In this document: piece after piece, positions 1 through 8,340 of the stretch | Position numbering within the stretch: the first letter of the stretch is position 1 | Layout: every line of letters begins with the position of its first letter | Assembly: GCA_031459235.1 (NCBI GenBank) | Contig: JAVKIY010000001.1 | Location: 56,708-120,707, forward strand | Direction of reading: 5' to 3' | Origin: Candidatus Fervidifonticultor tertius | Lineage (GTDB): Bacteria; Sysuimicrobiota; Sysuimicrobiia; Sysuimicrobiales; Humicultoraceae | DNA length: 64,000 bases | The notes under the pieces: generated by a model | Seen by the model: only the letters and a program-made list of their open reading frames with translations | Database searches by the model: none | Told to the model about the DNA's origin: nothing | Program-made: the position numbers and the translations under genes

Positions 1-914
1 CCCTCGAAGACGCTCGCGGCGCCGGCCGGCCGGTCGGGGGTGAGCGTAACGTGCTCCGGCCGCGCGCCGGCCACCACCGGGGTGCCGTCGGGCACCGCGT
101 GCGCGTCACGGCAGCGCAACGGCCCGGAGGGGGTCATGATCGTGAGCATCCCGCCCTCTCGGCCGGCCACCGCGCCGCTGAGGAAGCTGATCTCGCCCAA
201 AAACGCCGCGGTGAAGCGCGTGGTCGGCCGCGCGTAGAGGGCCTGGGGCGTGCCGACCTCGACGATGCGGCCTGCCTGCATCACCGCGATCACGTCGGAG
301 AGGCTCAGCGCCTCGAGCTGGTCGTGCGTGACGTAGATCGTGGTGATGCCGAGCCGGCGCTGGAGCCCGCGCAGGTCCTCGCGCACTTGCTCCCGCACCT
401 TGGCATCCAGGTTGGAGAGTGGTTCGTCGAGCAGCAGCACCTCGGGCTCGTAGACCAGTGCACGCGCCAGCGCCACGCGCTGCTGCTGGCCGCCGCTGAG
501 GTAGGGCGCCGGGCGGTCGGCCAGCGCGCCCAACCCGACCAGATCCAGCGCCGCGGCCACCCGCTCCTGGATGCGCCGGCGGGGCACCCCGCGGACGTCC
601 ATGGGGTAGGCCACGTTCTCGAAAACCGTGAGGTGCGGCCAGATGGCGTACGACTGGAAGACCATGCCGACGTTGCGCCCCTCCGGAGGCACGAAGACGC
701 GTCGCGCGCGGCTGAAGACCACGCGGTCGCCGAAGAGGATCTCACCGTCGTCGGGTCGCTCGAGGCCGGCCACGCAGCGCAACGTGGTGGACTTGCCGCA
801 GCCGCTGGGACCGAGCAGGGTGAGAATCTGCCCCTGGGGCGCCTCGAGCGAGACGCCGTCCGCGGCCCGGACGACCTGCCGGCCGACCCGGTGGATCTTC
901 ACCAGGCTGGTCAT
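1..914 (-). CDS. ABC transporter ATP-binding protein (PotA/MalK/CysA-like); C-terminus runs off window start
   Basis: Own translation of minus strand from ATG at 914: MTSLVKIHRVGRQVV...LLGPSGCGKSTTLR (Walker A), LSGGQQQRVALARAL, LLLDEPLSNLD, VTHDQ. Not in ORF track because no stop inside the window. Confidence 0.8.
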   Translation of the reverse strand, partial: MTSLVKIHRVGRQVVRAADGVSLEAPQGQILTLLGPSGCGKSTTLRCVAGLERPDDGEILFGDRVVFSRARRVFVPPEGRNVGMVFQSYAIWPHLTVFENVAYPMDVRGVPRRRIQERVAAALDLVGLGALADRPAPYLSGGQQQRVALARALVYEPEVLLLDEPLSNLDAKVREQVREDLRGLQRRLGITTIYVTHDQLEALSLSDVIAVMQAGRIVEVGTPQALYARPTTRFTAAFLGEISFLSGAVAGREGGMLTIMTPSGPLRCRDAHAVPDGTPVVAGARPEHVTLTPDRPAGAASVFE

Positions 915-989
915 GCGGACCGACGGCATGCCCCACCCCCGGTTCAGGATGCGCGAGGGCGGCGGAGGCCGTCAAGGGGCGCCGCGCGC

Positions 990-1949
990 CTAGTACCCCC
1001 GCGCCGGGTCCACGACGTTGCGCAGCGGTTCGCCCCGCAGGTAGCGGCCCAGATTCTCGCAGAACAGCGGTACCGCCAGGTCGGCGTAGTAGGGCGCGCT
1101 GCCCGCGGTGTGCGGGGTGATCAGGACGTTCTCCAGCGCCCACAGCGGGCTCTCTGACGGCAGCGGCTCCTGCTCGAAGACGTCCAGCGCCGCGCCCCGC
1201 AGCCGCCCGGTCGCCAGCGCCTCGGTGAGCGCGGCCTCGTCCACGACCTCGCCCCGCCCCAGGTTGACGAGCACGGCATGGGGCTTCATCACCGCGAGCT
1301 GGGCCGCGCCGATCATCCGGCGGGTCTGCGGGGTGAGCGGCAGCGTGACGACCACGTAGTCGGCCTCGCGCAGGCACGCCTCCAGCGCCTCCGGGCCGTA
1401 GACCCGCTCGACGTGCGGCACCGCGCCGGGCTCCCGTTTGAGCCCGATCACCCGCATCCCGAACTGCGCGCAGCGCCGCGCGACGTCGGCGCCGATCGCG
1501 CCCAGCCCCAGGATCGCCACCGTGCGGCCGGCCAGCTGTCCTCCCAACGCCGGGGGCCGGTGCCAGGTCCGGTGGAGGATCTGCTGGCGGTGCGCCACGT
1601 GCAGGTGGCGGGCGAACATGAGCATCGCGCCGAGCGCGTACTCGGCCAGCAGCGTCACGTGCGTGCCGCGGCTGTTGGTGACGGTCACCCCGCGCGCGGC
1701 GAGCTCTGCGAGCGGCAGCCGGTCCACCCCGGCGCCCGCGCAGTGGACCCAGCGCAGGTGCGGGGCCTGCGCGAGGCGGTCGGCCGGGAGCTCCCACCCG
1801 AAGTAGACCTCGGCCTCGGGCAGCGCGGCCGCGACGGTGTCGAGCCGGGGCGCGGCGGTGAGCACGACCCGCGGGTCCACCGCGCGGATCGCCTCTTCCA
1901 GGGCGGGCGTCGTGCGCAGCACACAGACCACGTTCACGGGCGGCCTCAC
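990..1949 (-). CDS. D-isomer specific 2-hydroxyacid dehydrogenase family protein (NAD-binding)
   Basis: 319 aa; GLGAIGADVARR Rossmann motif and typical PGDH/GyaR-like catalytic region (VNLGRGEVVDEAAL, ALDVFEQEP). Confidence 0.8.
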   Translation of the reverse strand: MRPPVNVVCVLRTTPALEEAIRAVDPRVVLTAAPRLDTVAAALPEAEVYFGWELPADRLAQAPHLRWVHCAGAGVDRLPLAELAARGVTVTNSRGTHVTLLAEYALGAMLMFARHLHVAHRQQILHRTWHRPPALGGQLAGRTVAILGLGAIGADVARRCAQFGMRVIGLKREPGAVPHVERVYGPEALEACLREADYVVVTLPLTPQTRRMIGAAQLAVMKPHAVLVNLGRGEVVDEAALTEALATGRLRGAALDVFEQEPLPSESPLWALENVLITPHTAGSAPYYADLAVPLFCENLGRYLRGEPLRNVVDPARGY

Positions 1950-1962
1950 TCCTCTCGAGCGC

Positions 1963-3147
1963 TCAGGGCGCGGCGAACAGCCCGCCGGCCAGGGCGGCGA
2001 CCAACACGATCAGCCACGACGGCTGACGCCACAGGACCAGCAGCCCGAACGCCACGAGCGCGATCGCGAAGTCGAGCGGCCCTGCGATCGCGCTCGTCCA
2101 CACGGGATGGTACAGCGCCGCCAGCAGCAGCCCGACCACGGCGGCGTTGATGCCGCGCAGCGCGGCCCGGAAGCCCGGGCGGGCGCGGAGCTCGTTCCAG
2201 AACGGCAGCGCGCCAATTACCAGCAGGAACGACGGCAGGAAGATCGCCGCGAGCGCGACCGCGGCCCCGGGCAGTCCGCCCGGGCCGCCGGGCCCCACAC
2301 GCATCACCGCGCCCAGGTAAGCCGCGAAGGTGAACAGCGGACCGGGCACCGCCTGGGCCGCGCCGTAGCCGGCGACGAACCGGTCGGCACTGACCCAGCC
2401 GGGCGAGACGACCTCGGCCTGGAGCAGCGGCAGCACGACGTGCCCGCCGCCGAAAATCAGCGATCCCGCGCGAAAGAAGCTGTCGAAGACGGCGAGCGTG
2501 GGACTCGCGCTCACCTGCCGGAGGAACGGGAGCCCCACGAGCAGGGCGACCAGGATCACCCAGGCCACGAGCGCGCCGCGGGGGCCGACTGGCGCGACCA
2601 TGAAACCTCTGGACAGAGCGGGCGCCGGCAACAGGCGGCTCCCGACGAGCCCGGCGGCGACGAGGATCGCGACCTGCGTGACCGCGGTGGGCCAGAGCAG
2701 CGCGGCCAGGGCGGCCAGCCCGGCGAGCGTCGCGCGCTCACGGTCCGGGGTCAGCGCGCGCGCCATGCCCACCACGGCGTGGGCGACGACGGCGACCGCC
2801 GCGATCTTCAGCCCGTGCAGCCAGCCGGCGCTGGCGACGCCCAGCGCCTCGACGCCGAAGGCGAAGGCCACGAGCAGCGCCGCCGACGGTAGCGTGAACC
2901 CCAGCCACGCGGCGAGCCCGCCGGCCAAGCCGGCCCGTGCCATGCCGATCGCGATGCCGACCTGGCTACTCGCCGGCCCGGGGAGGAACTGGCAGAGCGC
3001 GACCAGGTCGGCGTAGGCGTCGTCGGCGATCCACCGCCGTCGCCGCACGTACTCGTCGTGGAAGTAGCCCAGGTGCGCGACCGGACCGCCGAACGAGGTG
3101 AGGCCGAGCCGCGTGGCCACCGCGAGCACTTCGAGCGTCCGTCTCAT
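1963..3147 (-). CDS. chrA: chromate transporter ChrA family
   Basis: Polytopic membrane protein; N-terminus MRRTLEVLAVATRLGLTSFGGPVAHLGYFHDEYV is the ChrA signature; two-fold internal repeat. Start chosen at internal ATG (3145-3147) rather than ORF-track start. Confidence 0.75.
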   Translation of the reverse strand: MRRTLEVLAVATRLGLTSFGGPVAHLGYFHDEYVRRRRWIADDAYADLVALCQFLPGPASSQVGIAIGMARAGLAGGLAAWLGFTLPSAALLVAFAFGVEALGVASAGWLHGLKIAAVAVVAHAVVGMARALTPDRERATLAGLAALAALLWPTAVTQVAILVAAGLVGSRLLPAPALSRGFMVAPVGPRGALVAWVILVALLVGLPFLRQVSASPTLAVFDSFFRAGSLIFGGGHVVLPLLQAEVVSPGWVSADRFVAGYGAAQAVPGPLFTFAAYLGAVMRVGPGGPGGLPGAAVALAAIFLPSFLLVIGALPFWNELRARPGFRAALRGINAAVVGLLLAALYHPVWTSAIAGPLDFAIALVAFGLLVLWRQPSWLIVLVAALAGGLFAAP

Positions 3148-3460
3148 GGGGTTGGCTTGACGGTACTCCCCCGGCAGGGCCCTTCCTCCCCGCACCGCGG
3201 CGCGATGCGGTTTGGACGGGCTTGCGGCCGGGTAAAGCGTCTTGCGAGGAGGTGCCATTCCCTATCGTCAGGTCTGACCCCGTGCGGCGGGCCTGCCGTT
3301 GTGGTAGAGTATTCGCAGCACGAGGCGATGAGGCTCGCCCCAACCGCCGCCACCGGCTGATAGCCTCTACCCTGCGCGGGTGGAGGCGTTTTGTTTTGCC
3401 ACGCGGTCCCCCGGCGCGGGCGTCCGGCGACGTCTGTCGCGTGACAGGAGGGATCGTGCG

Positions 3461-4633
3461 ATGACCGACGCCTCGATCGCGATGGCCATGGGGCTGCTGA
3501 TCTTCCTGGCCACCGTGATCTCCGTCGAGCTGGGCATCTCCGTCGCCCTGATCGAGATCTGCCTGGGCGTGCTGGCCGGCAACGTCCTGGGCCTGCAGTC
3601 GGCGCCCTGGATCGACTACCTGGCCGGATTCGGCAGCATCGTGCTCACCTTCCTGGCCGGCGCCGAGGTAGACACGCGCCTGCTGCGCGAGCAGTTCAAG
3701 GCCAGCGTGCTGATCGGCGGCCTCTCGTTCCTGCTGCCGTTTCTGGGAGCGTGGGCCTTCGCGCTCTGGGTGCTGGGTTGGGCCCCGGACGCGGCGAAGA
3801 TCGCCGGCGTGGCCCTGTCCACGACGTCGCTGGCGGTCGTCTACGCGGTGCTGGTCGAGACGGGCCTCACGAGCACCCCCCTGGGAAAACTGATCATGGC
3901 CAGCACGTTCATCACCGACTTCGGGACCGCGGCGGCGTTGAGCGCCCTCTTCATCAGCCCGACGCCGTGGATTGTGGCCTTCCTCGCCGTCTCGGTAGCG
4001 ATCATCGTCGCGATGCCGCGGCTGCAGCCGTGGTTCTTCCGCCGCTACGGGAATCGCGTCATCGAGCCCGAAATCAAGGGGGCGTTCGCGGCGTTGCTGG
4101 CCCTCATGTACTTCGGCCGTCTGGCGGAGAGCCACGCGGTGCTCCCGGCCTTCGTCCTGGGGCTGGCGGTCTCCAACGTGTTCGCGGCGCACCGCGCACA
4201 ACAGCAGCGTTTCCGGGTGGTGGCCTTCGCCATGCTGACGCCCTTCTTCTTCATCAAGGCGGGCATGAACGTCGGCCTCGGGGCGGTCTCCGCGAACCTG
4301 GCGGTGCTGGGGCTGCTGCTCGCGGTGAAGATGGCGACGAAGTTCATCGGCGTGCTGCCCCTGGCCAGGCGGTACGTCGGGCCCCACGCCATGTACACGA
4401 CCCTGCTGATGAGCACCGGGCTCACGTTCGGGACGATCTCATCGCTGTATGGCCTGCAGGCCAATATCCTCGACCAGACGCAGTTCTCCCTGCTGGTGAC
4501 CACCGTCATCCTGAGCGCGGTCGTCCCGACGGTCATCGCCCAGCGCTTCTACGATCCGCGTCGGGCCACAGCGGGTGCGGCCCCGACGGCCGGTCCCCTC
4601 ACGCTGGCGCCGGCGGAGGAAGGAGACGAGTGA
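3461..4633 (+). CDS. cation:proton antiporter (Na+/H+ exchanger, CPA family)
   Basis: About 12 TM helices, KefB/NhaP-like N-terminus; start ATG 3461 preceded by AGGAGGGA; stop overlaps next gene (ATGA). Confidence 0.7.
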   Translation: MTDASIAMAMGLLIFLATVISVELGISVALIEICLGVLAGNVLGLQSAPWIDYLAGFGSIVLTFLAGAEVDTRLLREQFKASVLIGGLSFLLPFLGAWAFALWVLGWAPDAAKIAGVALSTTSLAVVYAVLVETGLTSTPLGKLIMASTFITDFGTAAALSALFISPTPWIVAFLAVSVAIIVAMPRLQPWFFRRYGNRVIEPEIKGAFAALLALMYFGRLAESHAVLPAFVLGLAVSNVFAAHRAQQQRFRVVAFAMLTPFFFIKAGMNVGLGAVSANLAVLGLLLAVKMATKFIGVLPLARRYVGPHAMYTTLLMSTGLTFGTISSLYGLQANILDQTQFSLLVTTVILSAVVPTVIAQRFYDPRRATAGAAPTAGPLTLAPAEEGDE

Positions 4634-5070
4634 TGGAGATCACGCACATCCTGATCGCGCTCGACGGCTCCGAGCTGGGCCGCAGGGCCATGGAGGCCGG
4701 CATCGACGTGGCGCTCCGCTACCGGGCCCGGGCGACCGTCCTCACCGCGATTCAGCATCCGGCCTACGCCGCCACGGTGGGCGAGGTCGAGGAGGCCGAT
4801 GCGGAGCAGCGAGCCTTCGCGGAGCGAGTGCAGCGCGAGGCCGTCGAGGCCGCGCGGATGCGCGGCTTGGACGTGGCGACGGCAATCGTATCCGGCCACC
4901 CGGCCGAGGCGATCGTGGACTACGCGCGCCAGCACGCCGTGGACCTGATCGTCATGGGGCACCGCGGGCTGTCGAACCTGCGGCGGTTCCTGATCGGCAG
5001 CGTCACCGACCGGGTGGTGGACCACGCGCCCTGCATGGTCCTGGTCGTAACCGAGCGCCGGCCGCGGTGA
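4633..5070 (+). CDS. universal stress protein (UspA family)
   Basis: 146 aa, MEITHILIALDGSELGRRA...VDLIVMGHRGLSNLRRFLIGSVTDRVVDHAPCMVLVV; translationally coupled to the antiporter. Confidence 0.75.
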   Translation: MEITHILIALDGSELGRRAMEAGIDVALRYRARATVLTAIQHPAYAATVGEVEEADAEQRAFAERVQREAVEAARMRGLDVATAIVSGHPAEAIVDYARQHAVDLIVMGHRGLSNLRRFLIGSVTDRVVDHAPCMVLVVTERRPR

Positions 5071-6260
5071 GCAGGGCATCAGGGCGCCCCCCGGCTCCCG
5101 CGCCGCGCGCCGCGCTGCGATTCGTCGTGCTGCTTGGCGTCGTCAGCCTCTTCGCTGATGCGACCTACGAGGGCGCCCGCAGCATCACGGGGCCCTACCT
5201 GGGCCTGCTCGGCGCGAGCGCCGCGACCGTCGGCGTCGTCGCCGGGCTCGGCGAACTCATCGGGTACGGGCTGCGCCTGGCCTCCGGATACCTGGCCGAT
5301 CGCACCCGGCGCTACTGGGCGATCACGATCGTCGGGTACGCCGTCAACCTGGGCGCGGTGCCGCTGCTTGCGCTGGCCGGGCACTGGCCGATCGCCGCGG
5401 CGCTGATCGTGGCCGAGCGCGTGGGCAAGGCGCTGCGGACCCCGGCGCGCGACGCGATGCTGTCGCACGCCACGCAGCAGATGGGCCGCGGCTGGGGCTT
5501 CGGCGTCCACGAAGCGCTCGACCAGGTGGGGGCGGTGCTCGGCCCGCTCGTCGTGGCGGGCGTCGTCCTGACCCGCTCGTCGTACCGGCTGGGGTTCGCG
5601 GTGCTGGCGATTCCCGCGGCGCTGGCCCTGGCCGTGCTGGTCGTCGCGCGGTTCCTCTCCCCCCGCCCCCGTGACCTCGAGACCGCTGCGCCGCGCCTCG
5701 AGGCCGCCGGGCTGCGCCGACCGTTCTGGGTCTACCTGGCCGGCATGGCACTGGTCGGCGCCGGCTACGCGGACTTCCCGTTGATCGCGTTCCACCTGGG
5801 CCAGCGGGCCGTGGCGCCGGCCGCGGCTATCCCGGTGCTCTACGCCGTGGCCATGGGCGTGGACGCGCTCGCGGCGCTGATCTTCGGCCGCCTTTTCGAC
5901 CGTCACGGGCTGCCCGTGCTGACGGTCGCCGTGCTCGTCTCCGCGCTCTTCGCGCCCCTGGTGTTTCTCGGCGGGTTCGCGGCCGCGGCCGCGGGCATGG
6001 TGCTGTGGGGCGTGGGCATGGGCGCGCAGGAGTCCATCATGCGCGCCGCGGTCGCCGGGATGGCGCCGCCCGACCGGCGCGGCGCCGCCTACGGCATCTT
6101 CAACACCGGCTACGGCCTCTGCTGGTTCCTCGGGAGCGCCGCGATGGGCCTGCTGTACGGCGTCTCGACTTCCGGGCTGGTGCTCTTCTCGGTGGCGGCG
6201 CAGCTCGCCGCGATTCCACTGCTCCTGTGGGTCGGCCGCGTTATGCGGGGCGCCCGCTAG
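5067..6260 (+). CDS. MFS transporter
   Basis: About 12 TM helices, two 6-TM halves, MFS loop motif (GYLADRTRRY); GTG start overlapping uspA stop (GTGA). Confidence 0.65.
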   Translation: MSRASGRPPAPAPRAALRFVVLLGVVSLFADATYEGARSITGPYLGLLGASAATVGVVAGLGELIGYGLRLASGYLADRTRRYWAITIVGYAVNLGAVPLLALAGHWPIAAALIVAERVGKALRTPARDAMLSHATQQMGRGWGFGVHEALDQVGAVLGPLVVAGVVLTRSSYRLGFAVLAIPAALALAVLVVARFLSPRPRDLETAAPRLEAAGLRRPFWVYLAGMALVGAGYADFPLIAFHLGQRAVAPAAAIPVLYAVAMGVDALAALIFGRLFDRHGLPVLTVAVLVSALFAPLVFLGGFAAAAAGMVLWGVGMGAQESIMRAAVAGMAPPDRRGAAYGIFNTGYGLCWFLGSAAMGLLYGVSTSGLVLFSVAAQLAAIPLLLWVGRVMRGAR

Positions 6261-6997
6261 CCCTGCGCCCTCCACACCATCCCCGGCGCGCCGACGAACT
6301 TGTAGACGACGCGTGTCCACGACGCGGCCTCTGCCTCGGTGATCTTCTCGTGGTGGAAGCGGTAGTCGTGCTTGCGCCAGAACTCGGCGAGGCCCTGGGT
6401 CAGCGTCTCCATCAACCCGCGCTCGGTGCGGACCAGCCACTCGAGGCTGTCGGGGTCGTCGGCCGACGCGGTGACCGCGATGAGGTGGGGAAAGCACAGC
6501 CCCAGACTGGCCTCGTAGCGGGCGCGGAAGTCGGCGTCGTCCAGGGCCCCGGCCGTCGCCGCGACGTTGCGGTCCTCGGCCTCCCACTGGCTCTGGCAGG
6601 CCAGGCAGGGCCGGCGGCGTTCCAGCCACTGTCCGACCTCGCGCGCCAGGACCTCTTCGTTCTGCGGCCCGAACAGCGTCCGTCTTCTCCGCCCGGCCGC
6701 GACCGCGAGTCGGTGAGCGGCCATGGCGGAGAAGGCGTCGAGGAAGTCCTCGAGCAGGTGCCGGTAGACGATCGCGATCCCGGTGGCGCTGTCCCTGGCC
6801 CGGGTCAACTGCCACGCATGGGTCGAGCAGAACCCGCGCGCGGCGATGAGGTCGGTGCGGGTCCACGGGTCGTTGACCCGCTCGTAGAGGAAGCCCCACA
6901 GGTATCGTTCCACGGTCTCCAGGCTGAGGTGGCAGATCGCGCAGTGGTCGGGGTGCAGCGCGCGGTAGATGCCGTGGAACAGCGCGTCACGCTGCAC
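6257..6997 (-). CDS. hypothetical protein with two tandem CxxC...C-x2-H putative zinc modules
   Basis: 246 aa; HCAICHL...FCSTHAW and CLACQSQ...CFPHLI arranged as an internal duplication; GTG start 15 bp after upstream gene; no family assignable from memory. Confidence 0.45.
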   Translation of the reverse strand: MQRDALFHGIYRALHPDHCAICHLSLETVERYLWGFLYERVNDPWTRTDLIAARGFCSTHAWQLTRARDSATGIAIVYRHLLEDFLDAFSAMAAHRLAVAAGRRRRTLFGPQNEEVLAREVGQWLERRRPCLACQSQWEAEDRNVAATAGALDDADFRARYEASLGLCFPHLIAVTASADDPDSLEWLVRTERGLMETLTQGLAEFWRKHDYRFHHEKITEAEAASWTRVVYKFVGAPGMVWRAQG

Positions 6998-7011
6998 GGT
7001 ACGATGCCCCG

Positions 7012-7443
7012 CTAGCCAGCGGCCCTGTCGCGGTGGCCCGCGCGCGCCTGGGCCGTGCCGCCATCCCCGTCGTCCAGACGGCGGAGTTCCTCACGCAGCC
7101 GGTCCCGTCGGGCTCGCTGGTCGGCGAGCGAGCGCTGGAACTGACGGTTGCTCGCTTCCAGCCCGGTCACGTTCAGCCGCAGCGAGCGGATGGCCTCGTC
7201 GGCGATGTACGCTCGGTGACGCAGCACCGCGAGCTCGGCCCTGGCGGCGCTCCACTCATTGTGCGCCGCATCAGGGCCCATGGAGGACACGGTCATCCGA
7301 TCTGCGCCGTAGGCCAGCAGGATCTTGACGCCCTCCTCGACCGTCCAGCCTTTCTCTTCGACGAGCGCCCGGAACCGTTCGCGCAGGTGCTCGGGGACGG
7401 TCACCCTGACCCGCTCCAGCCTCGGGAAAACATAGTCGCTCAT
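7012..7443 (-). CDS. hypothetical protein, N-terminal ribbon-helix-helix-like domain plus C-terminal coiled coil
   Basis: 143 aa; VRVTVPEHLRERFRALVEEKGWTVEEGVKILL has beta-strand/helix/helix RHH pattern; heptad-rich C-terminus; ATG overlaps stop of upstream paralog (ATGA). Confidence 0.45.
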   Translation of the reverse strand: MSDYVFPRLERVRVTVPEHLRERFRALVEEKGWTVEEGVKILLAYGADRMTVSSMGPDAAHNEWSAARAELAVLRHRAYIADEAIRSLRLNVTGLEASNRQFQRSLADQRARRDRLREELRRLDDGDGGTAQARAGHRDRAAG

Positions 7444-7940
7444 CGCGGTCCCTCGCTCACCCCGAGCACACGTCGCAGCCACCCGACCACCCCCCTGTGG
7501 GTCGCGGCGTCCCCGGGGGACGGGCCTCCGCCGTTGCCCGCCCCCGAGGCCACCGCCAACCTTGCTGCGAGCGCAGCGTTCTCCTCCCGGAGGGGACGCA
7601 TGGCGCGGCGGTTGGCGTAGAGCTCGGCCCCAAGCTCGTGGACGGTCTGGCCCAGCTCGGCCATCACCTTCTCCGCGGCGATGGTCCGAGCCCTCATGGA
7701 CACCAGCAAGGCCTGCGCCTCCCGGCGTTTCAGCTCCTGCTTCCTCGCCTCGGCCTCGTCGGTCGTTTGGCCATCCAGAGCCTTCCACTCCGCCTCGTCG
7801 GCGACGAAGGCGTCGAGGCCGCGCTCGAGCAGCCACGCCATTGCATCCCGGACATCGGGACCGGCAGCGTCCATCGCGCGGCGTATGGCCCCCCAGTCCT
7901 CGTCCACGAGCTCGACCTCGATGACCCACGGCGCGGCCAC
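7440..7940 (-). CDS. hypothetical protein, paralog of 7012-7443 (RHH-like N-terminus plus coiled coil)
   Basis: 166 aa; VIEVELVDEDWGAIRRAMDAAGPDVRDAMAWLLERGL then long charged coiled coil; GTG start with GGGGGAG RBS. Confidence 0.45.
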   Translation of the reverse strand: MAAPWVIEVELVDEDWGAIRRAMDAAGPDVRDAMAWLLERGLDAFVADEAEWKALDGQTTDEAEARKQELKRREAQALLVSMRARTIAAEKVMAELGQTVHELGAELYANRRAMRPLREENAALAARLAVASGAGNGGGPSPGDAATHRGVVGWLRRVLGVSEGPR

Positions 7941-7966
7941 GGTCTTCTCCCCCCGAGAAGCAGAAA

Positions 7967-7994
7967 GCTCCTACCGGCACGAGCCAGTAGGAGC
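7967..7994 (-). promoter_or_regulatory. perfect 8 bp inverted repeat (GCTCCTAC-N12-GTAGGAGC) in the 5' leader of the RHH operon, followed by a U-rich run
   Basis: Read directly; lies between predicted promoter and the GTG at 7940; candidate operator or attenuator hairpin. Confidence 0.35.
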
Positions 7995-8056
7995 TATCAG
8001 CCTCGTCTCGCAAGGCGATTCGACGAGCTCCATCGCCTATGCAATTGTCTTGTCTC

Positions 8057-8085
8057 AAAGATACGCCGCGCCCCGCGCCCTGTCA
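8057..8085 (-). promoter_or_regulatory. sigma70-like promoter (-35 TTGACA, 17 bp spacer, -10 TATCTT) for the 7940-6257 operon
   Basis: Reverse complement of 8080-8085 is TTGACA and of 8057-8062 is TATCTT; locally lower-GC segment. Confidence 0.35.
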
Positions 8086-8340
8086 ATGCGCACGTCAAGT
8101 GTCCTGTGTACTCACATTCCACAGAGGACGCCCCTGCCTCTGCATGCTGAGGTAGTGCACGACCGTCTTGGTGATGCGGTCGCAGCCGGTATCGAGCACG
8201 GTAGACACCGACAACGCCCCGCCAACCGAGCTGCTCTGCGACGGCTCAAACCGGCACCTACGCGGCGCTCCCGATGCAACTCTTCGACTACGAACACGCG
8301 TGCCGGGTCCTTCACGCCGCCGATCACACAAGAAAGCGCC

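Noticed and set aside
305-745. ORF-track minus-strand ORF (146 aa, Ser/Arg-rich) in the first kilobase.
   Set aside because: It is an out-of-frame shadow. My own translation shows the real gene is the unlisted edge-truncated ABC ATPase in another minus frame (Walker A, signature and Walker B all present).
51-1157. Long plus-strand ORF (368 aa, Arg/Gly/His-rich) over the ABC ATPase and dehydrogenase region; many similar ORFs elsewhere (e.g. 742-1797, 2966-4387, 5079-6899, 46193-48514, 52582-54807, 55494-57992, 61492-63483).
   Set aside because: Antisense or shadow frames of real genes. In a roughly 70% GC genome stop codons are rare, so long spurious ORFs with low-complexity R/G/A/P/S composition are expected and show no family motifs.
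8095-8331. Minus-strand 78 aa ORF in the low-GC promoter region upstream of the RHH operon.
   Set aside because: No RBS, composition unlike the neighbouring genes, and it overlaps the predicted promoter and leader. More likely non-coding regulatory DNA.
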